Of a stretch of 64,000 bases of DNA, positions 46,261-54,927 are shown in pieces. Position 1 is the stretch's first letter; each line of letters opens with the position of its first letter. The position numbers and the translations under genes are program-made. Source of the DNA: an uncultured Acidobacteriota bacterium (lineage in GTDB: Bacteria > Acidobacteriota > Thermoanaerobaculia > Multivoradales > UBA5704); contig CAVYRF010000002.1 of NCBI GenBank assembly GCA_963770895.1, forward strand, positions 320,001-384,000, read 5' to 3'. Under the pieces are notes generated by a model. The model did not search any database. It had not been told where the DNA came from and was given only the letters and a program-made list of their open reading frames with translations.

Positions 46261-46546
46261 GCGGCGCTCACTCCGCCGAACGCAGGAAATCCAGGAAGCG
46301 CTCGAAACTGCGCCGCGGCAAGCCGGCGATCGCGCCCAGGACAGCCGACGCGCAGCATGGCCGCTTGACGGCCCCCCACGGCACGCAATAGCATTCCAGC
46401 AATCCACCGAGTTCCCTTCGTCGAGGAGGCGTCGCATGCGGCCTTTCGTCAGTAGAGAGCGCCCGCCAGGGATTCTGCACCGGGCAGCGCTGAAGTTGCT
46501 TGCGGAAGGCAGCCGATGGCCACGTCGGCGATGCGTTTGATTTGCC

Positions 46547-48613
46547 ATGGACCCCTTCGTACGCCAGGTCATGCTGGGCTCCGCTCGGTGGTTCATACCG
46601 CCCAACGCCGGGCTGTTTCAAAGCTGCGCCCTTCGCCCCCTTGATCGCGAAGCCGCGTCAAGCGATGAAGCCGCCGATTCCCTGCAGATCATCGCTTTTC
46701 CGGTGGCCGTACGACCGCGCTCCGTGATCGGGCAAGATCCTCTGGCACTGAAACGTCTGTTCTTTTCCCCACTGGTGGTACGCCTACATTACGTGGCCCA
46801 GCTCGCCACCACCTATCTACGAGCCAATATCGACGCGCGCCACTGTCGGCTTTCTCATGCCCTGGGCACTCTCTGTACCCTGAGTTATCTTTGCGACATG
46901 CTTGTCGCAAGGATTGCGAGTGATCCCAAAATCGCCAGCGTCTGCATGCCCACGACGGACGAAGTCATCTTCGCCTTCACCTACGCGGCGTTGCATGACG
47001 CATTTCAAGGGCCCTTCGGCCATACCCTTGATGCCTTGCGCGAAGAGCTGATCGGCGGCCTGGACGCCAGCCGGCGATTGGACAAGACCCTGCTGAACTT
47101 CATCGTCGGCAGTGCGCTCGAACTCAAAGAAACCGGCACAATACCGGGCATGCCGGAGCCGCCGAAGGCGATAAGCGCGCTCTGCGAGGTCCTTGACCAG
47201 GCAGTCGCCGCGCCACTTGGTCTGGATACCACTGCGCTGCTGCGCTGGGTCCACAATGCGAGCCTGCGCGACCCCTCGTCATTGAGCGCCAGCGCGCGGG
47301 AGCGGAGGCGCCAACTGGGATGGCTCTACAGCCTGCTCGAGGGACCGGTGGACGCGGATCGCTGGGACTATCTTTGGCGCGATACTCTCCATCTCGGCTT
47401 CACTCGCGATCACGATTTGATCTCTGAACTGCTGAGGGACTTTTGCGACGATCTCAGGGTGCATTGGGATGGCGAGCAATCGCGCCTGACGGTAAGCCAG
47501 CCGATCGCAAGACGCCTGGACGCAAATTTCTTCGCGCTGCGCAACGAGCTCTATCGCAATGTTTATGAGAATCCAGAGAAGCGGATCATCGACGGCATCC
47601 TATTGCGCTGTATCTATCTTGGCCTCCTCAGACATGCCCCCAAGCCGGCGCGATGGCCGTTTTGGGCACAGGATTTTCACTATTTTGAGTTCCTGCTCAA
47701 CTTTGTCCATTTGACCGACGCCGACCTTCTGTCCATTCTGGAGCAGATCGATAACCCTCTGCTGGCGCTATTCGCGCGCGACATCAGGACCTATCCCGCG
47801 ATCCGGCTCTTCTGGCAAATGATGCTGCCCAGCGAGGAAATCAAAACCACGCTCATCACGTCGTCGCAGAAGCTGACGGCCTTTAAGTACACCGGCATTC
47901 AGCCGCCATCCTGGGCGTCGCCGGACAAGCCCGATTGCACTCCCGCGGAGCGCGTCATCGACGCGCTTACCGCGACCAAGCAGCACCTGCTGGCGCAAGG
48001 CGAGGTGGCGACGATTGGCGGAGACCGGCTCAGATCCCTGCTCCTGCACTGCTCGATCCTCCCCAAGCGACCGGCTCGAGTGCTGCAATTCGAGCGTCTC
48101 GCCTGGAAACTGGTCAAAGCGTTGCTCGCGGGCGCGGGCATTGTCGAATTAATTCACGGCTCGTTCTTGCAAGCCTTGGCGACGACGAGACTTGCGGCTA
48201 ACCAGGCCGGCCAGGAGGACATCGCTTCGCTGCTCGACGAATGCCCGCCATTGTTCGTGTCGTTTCCGTGGATTGCGAGCCTCTCTGAGATGTCGATCAG
48301 CGAGATGTCGCGCGAGCCGGACGAAGAGACGCAGCTTTATGTGCGCACCGACAACGGCCACGTGCAGGCTCGCAAGGCCAAGCCCCTGGACAATGACCCC
48401 GCCATGTACGTAGCCGTGGCTGGCTATCCGTTACACGCCACGAGTCAGTTGAATCCCAGGCAGATCGAGCGGTTCGAGTTCGCGGCGTGCTGGGCGTTGA
48501 ACCTCCTGCTGGACAGTGGCTGTGAGCTTGCGTTGCCGCGCGACCTGGTGACCCCTGAAATGGATTCGGTGATCATCGACTTTCTGTCGCCCGCAGGCCT
48601 GTTCACGGAGTGA
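46547..48613 (+). CDS. SAMHD1/dNTP triphosphohydrolase-like HD protein with unknown C-terminal extension
   Basis: RLHYVAQLA, ARHCRLSHALG, AALHDAFQGPFGH, DADRWDYLWRD, RNELYRNVY. Confidence 0.82.
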   Translation: MDPFVRQVMLGSARWFIPPNAGLFQSCALRPLDREAASSDEAADSLQIIAFPVAVRPRSVIGQDPLALKRLFFSPLVVRLHYVAQLATTYLRANIDARHCRLSHALGTLCTLSYLCDMLVARIASDPKIASVCMPTTDEVIFAFTYAALHDAFQGPFGHTLDALREELIGGLDASRRLDKTLLNFIVGSALELKETGTIPGMPEPPKAISALCEVLDQAVAAPLGLDTTALLRWVHNASLRDPSSLSASARERRRQLGWLYSLLEGPVDADRWDYLWRDTLHLGFTRDHDLISELLRDFCDDLRVHWDGEQSRLTVSQPIARRLDANFFALRNELYRNVYENPEKRIIDGILLRCIYLGLLRHAPKPARWPFWAQDFHYFEFLLNFVHLTDADLLSILEQIDNPLLALFARDIRTYPAIRLFWQMMLPSEEIKTTLITSSQKLTAFKYTGIQPPSWASPDKPDCTPAERVIDALTATKQHLLAQGEVATIGGDRLRSLLLHCSILPKRPARVLQFERLAWKLVKALLAGAGIVELIHGSFLQALATTRLAANQAGQEDIASLLDECPPLFVSFPWIASLSEMSISEMSREPDEETQLYVRTDNGHVQARKAKPLDNDPAMYVAVAGYPLHATSQLNPRQIERFEFAACWALNLLLDSGCELALPRDLVTPEMDSVIIDFLSPAGLFTE

Positions 48614-48619
48614 GCGGCG

Positions 48620-49084
48620 ATGAGATGCCACTACTGCGGCGGTGAATCGCGCGTGGTGGATTCGCGGCCGCTGCAAGATGGCATCCGTAGGCGACGGCAA
48701 TGCATTAGCTGCGGCAAGAGGTTCACGACCCACGAGCGCTTGGCGGCGCTTGAGCTCAAGGTCGCCAAGGCGCGCGGCCGTCCGCCTGAGGAGTTTCAGG
48801 CGGCGAAGATTGCGGCCACCATCAAGCGGGTGTGCAAAGGGCTGGAGGTGCCGCCCGGATGCGCCGAGCAAATCGCCAGAAAGATCGAGCGCGAGCTGGC
48901 GGACAAAAACGTCGCCATGATCAGGACGGCTGAGATCGCCGCGATCCTCATGAATGAGTTAGGCGCTGTCAGCGAGGCGGCGCTGGAACGATTTGCCATC
49001 AATTACGCCTTGGATGGGGACGCGGCCCAGAGGCGGCCGGCGTCTTCCATGGAACAGCAGATCCCTCTCTTCGGAGAGGAGTAG
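48620..49084 (+). CDS. nrdR: NrdR-like transcriptional regulator (Zn ribbon plus divergent ATP cone)
   Basis: MRCHYC..SRVVDSR..IRRRRQCISCGKRFTTHER; 6 bp after the HD gene. Confidence 0.85.
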   Translation: MRCHYCGGESRVVDSRPLQDGIRRRRQCISCGKRFTTHERLAALELKVAKARGRPPEEFQAAKIAATIKRVCKGLEVPPGCAEQIARKIERELADKNVAMIRTAEIAAILMNELGAVSEAALERFAINYALDGDAAQRRPASSMEQQIPLFGEE

Positions 49085-49098
49085 CGGGCAACGTGAGG

Positions 49099-49365
49099 TC
49101 AGCGGATTTCGACGCTGCCGATTTCGACCAGCCGCTGTTTGCTGCTGACAAGGTAGACGATCACGAAGGGGTCGGGATCCCATACGCGCTCTCCCGCGGT
49201 GCCGGCGGTGAGGCTGGGAGCGAGCTCCCTGGAGCCGGCAGGCTTGGGATCGTGCTCCAGGCTGAGCAAACGCAGGGCCAGCTCCCTGGCCAACGCGACG
49301 TCGCGCTTCGCCAGCGACCGTACGGCCTCGGCGGCGGGCTCCAGCACTGTAACCTTATAGATCAA
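49099..49365 (-). CDS. RelE/ParE-family toxin
   Basis: YKVTVLEPAAE..L..DPKPAGSREL..ERV...FVIVY; TTG start overlaps the antitoxin stop. Confidence 0.7.
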   Translation of the reverse strand: MIYKVTVLEPAAEAVRSLAKRDVALARELALRLLSLEHDPKPAGSRELAPSLTAGTAGERVWDPDPFVIVYLVSSKQRLVEIGSVEIR

Positions 49366-49627
49366 GGTCGATGGACGCCAGGAAGTCGCGCAGATCGTAG
49401 CGGGGGCCCTGCAGGGCGCGCCGCAGCTGCTCGGCTCGTATACTGTCTTCGATCCCCTGCAAGCGCTTGAAGGTTTCGGCCTCGACCAGGTACGCGGCCG
49501 TTTGATCGCGCTTGCGGATCTCGATCGGCCGGCGGGAAGTGCGCACCTCGTCGACCAGGGAAGAAAACTGCGACTTAGCCTCTGCAATGGCCACAGACCT
49601 GATTCCACCGTCACGCGCTCGACTCAT
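49355..49627 (-). CDS. Phd/YefM-family antitoxin
   Basis: SVAIAEAKSQFSSLVDEV...PIEIRKR..AAYLV; GGAGG RBS. Confidence 0.85.
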   Translation of the reverse strand: MSRARDGGIRSVAIAEAKSQFSSLVDEVRTSRRPIEIRKRDQTAAYLVEAETFKRLQGIEDSIRAEQLRRALQGPRYDLRDFLASIDLDL

Positions 49628-49668
49628 CTGCAGACCTCCCTCGGACTTGCGGTGGACGGGTGATGACC

Positions 49669-49719
49669 TGACCAGAAAGCCCAGATGGACAGTTTAGACC
49701 AAAAAGCCTAACATGGTCA
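49669..49719. promoter_or_regulatory. Tandem operator-like repeats between the divergent TA and cyclase genes
   Basis: TGACCA-gaaagcccaga-TGGACA and AGACCA-aaaagcctaaca-TGGTCA. Confidence 0.45.
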
Positions 49720-49720
49720 A

Positions 49721-50530
49721 ATGGATCATGGCGTAGTCGTCTTTGCAGATGTCCTCGGCTTTGGGCGCCTTTCGGAGACGGTGCCGGCTGGTGCGGAGGA
49801 TTCTCTGGCGGCTATCGCGAGCCTCCTGTCGCGCACCGATGTCCTGGGCGACGTGCTCAACCGCCAGAGATGGGCGGCACGTTACGGCCTGAGCGATTCG
49901 CTTTTCCTCGTGGCCACGGACGCCGGAGAAGCCGTCGCGGCGGCAGCGGAGCTCTTCTTCAACCTCGCTTACGTGACGCACGGCGGCCCGACCCCGGTGT
50001 TGATCCGCGGCGGGATCGCGGCCGGAGAGATCCTGCAAGTGGGTCCGCTGTTCCCCGAGTCAGCCATGGCAAACCTCGTCGGACCGGCGGTCGTTCAGGC
50101 GGTGGGCCTGGAGAAGACCTCTCTCAAGGGGCCGCGGCTTTTCATCACCAGCGCACTCGCGGTGGAGATAGAGCGACGCGGCTCCGGGTTGGGCTGGTTG
50201 CTGGATCACCAAGGGAGCACGTGGGAGATCCTTTGGCCGCTGCCGCCGCAACCCGATGCCGCAAACGGCCGCCTGATCGGCGAGCTGTGCGACAAAGCGC
50301 TTGGGCTGGTGGAGCGCAACGCCGGCAACCCGGATGCCGGCAAGCACTACCTTGGATATCTGGATTTGACGATCCGTTCGCTGTCGCGCCTGCTCGCGAC
50401 CCGCCGGGAGCAGGCGATGATTGCCATCGACGCCTCCCGGCTCAAGCAAAGAGCCAACCTGCTTGAGGCGCTCCTGATGTCGCCAGAGTTGGCCTTGGCA
50501 AAGATGCTCGGCAGGCTTGCCGGTCTGTGA
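49721..50530 (+). CDS. Class III nucleotide cyclase-like protein
   Basis: VFADVLGF, LSDSLF, IRGGIAAGE, GPAVVQAVGLEK..GPRLFI. Confidence 0.7.
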   Translation: MDHGVVVFADVLGFGRLSETVPAGAEDSLAAIASLLSRTDVLGDVLNRQRWAARYGLSDSLFLVATDAGEAVAAAAELFFNLAYVTHGGPTPVLIRGGIAAGEILQVGPLFPESAMANLVGPAVVQAVGLEKTSLKGPRLFITSALAVEIERRGSGLGWLLDHQGSTWEILWPLPPQPDAANGRLIGELCDKALGLVERNAGNPDAGKHYLGYLDLTIRSLSRLLATRREQAMIAIDASRLKQRANLLEALLMSPELALAKMLGRLAGL

Positions 50531-50890
50531 TCCTGCGCTGGCGGAGCGCTGGGGAGTGCGAGAAGCGGGCACCAATCCGAGCCGCTGCGTCGACAAGTTA
50601 CCGGAAAAGCGCTGCGAGCGCTTCCTTGTGGGCGCCGAGCTGACCCGTCTCGGCGAAGTGTACGCTGCGGCCGAGCGCAGCGACGCCGAGCGCCGGCGGT
50701 CATCGCCGTTCTCCGGCTCTTGGTCCTGACCGGCTGCCGGAAGTCCGAGATGCTGACCCTACGCTGGGAGGACGCGGACCTTGAGCGCGGTGCCCTGCAC
50801 CTGCCGGATTCCGGGACCGGCCCGAAAAGCGTGCCGCCGGGCGCCGCCGCGGCCGAGATCCTGGCCAACCTCGCGCGTCGCCGGCAACCC
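50527..50890 (+). pseudogene. Frameshifted tyrosine integrase remnant
   Basis: AERWGVR..NP..VDKLPEKRCERFL..EL.RLG, then in another frame LTGCRKSEMLTLRWEDADLE..LPDSGTGPK. Confidence 0.8.
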
Positions 50891-50940
50891 GCACGTCGTT
50901 CCTGGCGAGCGCCCGGGTTCGCATTGGGTCAACGTCGACC

Positions 50941-51098
50941 CTTGGCTTACCAGTGCGAGGAACACTCGGAATCGTGTTGCTCGGCAAGAACACGGAATGC
51001 TTGTCGCAGCTCGCCCCTTGCTCGAATCTCTTCGACAAGCTGGGGTGTACCTGTCCGACTCAGTGATGAATCGCGCTCTGAGGCTCGTAGGAGAATAG
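50941..51098 (+). pseudogene. DUF3368 (PIN-like) C-terminal fragment
   Basis: LGLPVRGTLGIVLLGK, frameshift, then GMLVAARPLLESLRQAGVYLSDSVMNRALRLVGE*. Confidence 0.7.
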
Positions 51099-51197
51099 CG
51101 CGGACCGATGGCTGGCAGCTCGTTGCGATGAGGCGCAGTCACCAGCAATGCCTGCGTCGGGCACGCCGGGAATTCCGCGGCAAGGCGCACGCGGCTG

Positions 51198-51685
51198 TTA
51201 CTTCCGCCTGGAATAAGCCTGCCACAACACCCACAACACCGCGGTCAGGGCGATTGCGGCGACGAGTGCGAGAAAGGCGAGCGTGAGGCTCCCGTGCCCC
51301 CGGTCGTACCGCATCGGCTCGAGGCAGGATTTGGTCGGGTGCTGCGGATCGTACGCCACCCGCACCTCCCTGCCAACTGGATATTGGGCGGCGATGCGCC
51401 GCGCCTCGTAGAGCCCTTCGTAGATTTCGTCGAAGCAGAGGCCCTCGCTCTCGTAGTACGTGCTGCTGCCCGGCTCGAGCTGATAGCTATAGATCAGGTC
51501 CAGATGGTAAAGCGCCGTAGAGTTGCCAAAACGGGCACGGCGGTAGTGGGAAAAGTGGATGCTCGACTGCAGGATCAGGCCTTCGCCTTGGGCCAACCCG
51601 TCGCCTCATGGTGGAGCCGTAGGTTCCGCGCCTCCGAGAAGGCCAGGATGGCCACGTAGAGGAACGCGCAGGCCATTTCGATTTC
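51198..51685 (-). pseudogene. DUF3592-family membrane protein with a frameshift near 51590; 5' end abuts repeat C
   Basis: TM helix..EATGWP in one frame, GEGLILQS..YSY..YPVGREVRVAYDPQHP..S.LE plus TM helix in another. Confidence 0.65.
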
Positions 51686-51686
51686 G

Positions 51687-51904
51687 CAGGCGACCGAGGC
51701 GCCGCTGGAGCCGTCGCTGGCAGTCCGGGGAGGGGCGGATGGCGGGAGGGTCCACTTGGCGGCGCTCTGGGGGCGAGGCAATGCGGGAGCCGCTGGCGAT
51801 ACCGGCTCACCGCCAAGCCGCTTGCCGCCCCGCGAGCCCGCAGCGCGACGACAAGGGAGCCCTCCCGTCATCCGGCCCCGGAGCCGCCGCCTGGGGTTTT
51901 CTTG
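51687..51904 (+). repeat. Structured dispersed repeat, copy C (longest)
   Basis: Contains the segments found in copies A, B and D; nested self-complementary arms. Confidence 0.9.
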
Positions 51905-51911
51905 CCGCAGG

Positions 51912-53159
51912 CTACGCGTGGGCCAGCGCGCCGGCGGCGATTCCGGCGATGTGCTGGCCGATGCTCAGGGAGGCCGTGGCGGCGGGAGAGGGGGCGTTGA
52001 GGATGTGGAGGGTGGGGGGGGTCGAGATGACGTGGAAGTCGTCGATCAGGTTGCCCTGGGGGTCCAGTTCCATGGCGCGGATGCCGCAGCCGGCGCGGTG
52101 CAGGTCGGTGGGGGCCAGGGTGGGCAGCAGGCGGCGGAGATCGCGCAGGACCAGGGGCGGGGACAGCGAGCGGCGGATCTCGGCCAGACCGGTGCGCCAG
52201 TGGCGGGCGGCGAAGCGCCAGAAGCCGCGGTAGGTGAGGATGTCCAGGGTGTCGCGCAGGGAAAAGCTGCCGCGGCGGTAGCCCTCCCGCTTCCAGGCGA
52301 GGAGCGCGTTGGGACCGGCTTCGACCTGGCCGCTGGTCATGCGGGTGAGGTGGAAGCCCAGGAAGGGGAAGCTGGGGTCGGGGACCGGGTAGATCAGGCC
52401 GCGGACGCGGCTGCGGGCGGCGGGGTCCAGGTCCCAATACTCGCCGCGGAAGGGGACGATGCGGGTATCTGGCCGGTGGCCGCAGAGGCGGGCGACGCGG
52501 TCGGCTTGCAGGCCGGCGCAGTTGATCAGCAGCGCGCAGCTCAGGGGGCCGCGGCGGGTGTCCAGGCGCAGGCCGCCGGGGCGGCTGGGGTCGGGGCGCG
52601 CGGCGAGCAGGCGGGCGCCGGTCACAACGTGGCTGCCGGCGGCGGCGATGCGCCGGGCATAGGCGTTGGCGACGGCGGGATAGTCGACGATGCCGGTTTC
52701 GGGGACCCACAGGGCGGCCAGGCCGGCGGCCTGGGGCTCGAAGTTGTGGATGTCCGCGGCGTCCAGCAGCTGCAGGCCGGCCAGGCCGTTGTCGCGGCCG
52801 CGGCGCTCCAGGGCGGCCAGCGCCGGCAGCTCTTCGGGTGTGACCGCCACCACCAGCTTGCCGCAGCGCTCGTGCGCGACGCCCTCTTCGGCGCAGAAGC
52901 GGTACAGGGCTTCGCGGCCGGCGACGCACAGGGACGCCTTGAGCGAGCCAGGCTTGTAGTACAGCCCCGAATGGATGACACCGCTGTTGCGGCCGCTCTG
53001 GTGGGCGGCCAGGCGGTCTTCGGCCTCCAGCACGGTGACCCGCAGGTCGCCGCGCGCGGCTAGCGCCATGGCGGTGGCCAAGCCGACCAGGCCGCCGCCC
53101 ACGACGGCGACGTCGCAAGCGGCCGGCAGTTCCGATGACCGGTTGGCCGGGCCGCTCAC
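51912..53159 (-). CDS. lhgO: L-2-hydroxyglutarate oxidase
   Basis: VVGGGLVG, QSGRNSGVIHSGLYY, INCAGLQADR, PFRGEY, NAPSPAATASL. Confidence 0.92.
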   Translation of the reverse strand: MSGPANRSSELPAACDVAVVGGGLVGLATAMALAARGDLRVTVLEAEDRLAAHQSGRNSGVIHSGLYYKPGSLKASLCVAGREALYRFCAEEGVAHERCGKLVVAVTPEELPALAALERRGRDNGLAGLQLLDAADIHNFEPQAAGLAALWVPETGIVDYPAVANAYARRIAAAGSHVVTGARLLAARPDPSRPGGLRLDTRRGPLSCALLINCAGLQADRVARLCGHRPDTRIVPFRGEYWDLDPAARSRVRGLIYPVPDPSFPFLGFHLTRMTSGQVEAGPNALLAWKREGYRRGSFSLRDTLDILTYRGFWRFAARHWRTGLAEIRRSLSPPLVLRDLRRLLPTLAPTDLHRAGCGIRAMELDPQGNLIDDFHVISTPPTLHILNAPSPAATASLSIGQHIAGIAAGALAHA

Positions 53160-53211
53160 CGGCACGCAACCGCTCCCGGCGCGCCGGCCAGGGAGGGGCG
53201 GCTGGCCGGGG

Positions 53212-53934
53212 TCAGGGCTGGAGCCTTTCGATCGTCCATTCTTCACCACCGGCGCCACCATCGCCACCATCACCGCCAGCGCTGCTAGCGCTGCCGTCGC
53301 CGCCGGCGGCGGCTTCGCCGCGAGGGCCGGCGTCGCGGCGGCGGTAGACCAGGCGGTCGTGGAGGCGATTGCGGCGGCCCTGCCAGAATTCCACCCGGAT
53401 GGGGCGAAGGCGGTAGCCGCCCCAGAAGTCGGGCGCCGGGATGTCGCCGCCGGCGAAGCGCTGGGCGGCGGCGGCGTAGGCGTGCTCCAGGTCGGCGCGG
53501 CCGGCGACCGGTTGGCTCTGGCGCGAGGCCCAGGCGCCGAGCCGCGAGGCGGCGGGGCGGGTGGCGAAGTAGGCGGCGGTTTCGGCGCGGCTGGTCTGCT
53601 CGACCTGGCCTTCGATGCGCACTTGGCGGTCGAGCGCCGGCCAGTGGAAGGCCAGCGCCGCGTGGGGATTGGCGGCCAGGTCGCGCGCCTTGCGGCTGCC
53701 GTAGTTGGTGAAGAAGACAAATCCGCGCTGGTCGTATCCCTTGAGCAGAACGGTGCGGGCGGAGGGCCGCCCCTGGGGATCGACGGTGGCGAGCGTCATC
53801 GCCGTGGGGTCCAGCACGTCGGCGGCAAGGGCCTGCTCCATCCAGGCGCGGAACTGCGCGACCGGCTCGGGCGCCAGGTCGCGCTCGTCCAGGCCGCCCA
53901 GGGTGTAGTCGCGGCGCAGGTCGGAGACGTCCAT
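53212..53934 (-). CDS. pdxH: Pyridoxamine 5'-phosphate oxidase
   Basis: LRRDY, PSARTVLLK, FFTNYGSRKA, EFWQGRRNRLHDR, WTIERLQP. Confidence 0.95.
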   Translation of the reverse strand: MDVSDLRRDYTLGGLDERDLAPEPVAQFRAWMEQALAADVLDPTAMTLATVDPQGRPSARTVLLKGYDQRGFVFFTNYGSRKARDLAANPHAALAFHWPALDRQVRIEGQVEQTSRAETAAYFATRPAASRLGAWASRQSQPVAGRADLEHAYAAAAQRFAGGDIPAPDFWGGYRLRPIRVEFWQGRRNRLHDRLVYRRRDAGPRGEAAAGGDGSASSAGGDGGDGGAGGEEWTIERLQP

Positions 53935-53975
53935 AAGCGGGGGGTGCGGGGCGGGGGCGCCGGGCGGGTTGGGGT

Positions 53976-54686
53976 TTATTGTCCGCTCTTCTGCTTCTGG
54001 TAGGTGCCGACCAGCTGGGCGCGGGCGACGACGTGGCCCTGGATGGCCTGCTCCAGGTGCTTCTTGTCGGGGGTGCCGAGGTCGGGGAGCGGGGTGTCCA
54101 GGGCGTACAGCTTGAAGAAGTAGCGGTGGCGGCCGACCGGCGGGCAGGGCGCGCCGTAGCCGGTGCGGCCCCAATCGTTGTTGCCCTGGCGCGTGCCGGC
54201 GAGCAGCGCTGCCGCCGCCACCCCTTCGGTCAGGCCGCGGGCGGTGGACGGCAGGTCGTACAGCACCCAATGCACCCAGGTGGTCTTGGGTGCCTGCGGA
54301 TCGGGGGCGTCGGGATCGTCGACGATCAGGACCAGGCTGCGGGCGTTGCCCGGCACCCCGCTCCACGCCAGGGGCGGCGAGACTTCCGCGCTACCTCCCG
54401 CCACCTCGCAGCTGTAGCGGGCCGGGATCTCACCCTGGTTGGCGAACGCGGTCGAGGTCAGGATGAGAGGCACGGGGGCGCCTGGCGGTGCGGCAGCGCC
54501 GGCGGCTCCTGGCGGCGCGGCGGCACTGGCGGCGCCGGCGGAGATCGCCGCCGGCGCCAGGGCAAAGGCCAGGGCCAGGGCCAGGCGCAGGGCCGCCGGC
54601 ACGATCCGGGCGCGGGCCGCAATGGCCACGATGGGCACGATGGGCGCGATGGGCGCGATCGGGGTCTGTCGAGTGTGGGTTCGCAC
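53976..54686 (-). CDS. YbhB/YbcL (PEBP/RKIP) family protein with export signal
   Basis: SPPLAW, VDDPDAP, WVHWVLY, YGAPCPP.G.HRYFFKLYALD; start approximate. Confidence 0.9.
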   Translation of the reverse strand: MRTHTRQTPIAPIAPIVPIVAIAARARIVPAALRLALALAFALAPAAISAGAASAAAPPGAAGAAAPPGAPVPLILTSTAFANQGEIPARYSCEVAGGSAEVSPPLAWSGVPGNARSLVLIVDDPDAPDPQAPKTTWVHWVLYDLPSTARGLTEGVAAAALLAGTRQGNNDWGRTGYGAPCPPVGRHRYFFKLYALDTPLPDLGTPDKKHLEQAIQGHVVARAQLVGTYQKQKSGQ

Positions 54687-54927
54687 GGGCCGATTGTATG
54701 CCGAAGTGACGGCCAGACAGGACGGCCGGGGGACCGGCGCGCGGCCGTGGTTCGTCCACGGCGCTACTTCTGACATCTCCCGAAGGGATTTGATAACGCG
54801 GCCGGGACAGCACTCCGCAACCGGTGATCGAATCACGTCCAAATAGCTGTAGCAAAGCGATTTGCAGGATTGATCAGATTTCTCGCGCAACTTGACTTAC
54901 GCCTCTTTAACGCCTTACATTCAGGCC

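Noticed and set aside
45990-46546. NrdR box upstream of the HD-NrdR pair
   Set aside because: No convincing match to acaCwAtATaTwGtg found by eye
49099-49614. 171-aa toxin ORF
   Set aside because: The upstream half overlaps the antitoxin; the RelE-like part begins at TTG 49365
50527-50890. Active prophage or ICE integrase
   Set aside because: Short frameshifted fragment lacking the C-terminal catalytic residues; no phage genes or tRNA att site seen
39694-51904. Repeats as a CRISPR array or classical integron
   Set aside because: Units are too long, irregularly spaced and in both orientations; no cas genes, intI or clear attC core sites
51912-53720. 602-aa LhgO with N-terminal extension
   Set aside because: The extension overlaps pdxH out of frame; GTG 53159 is the plausible start
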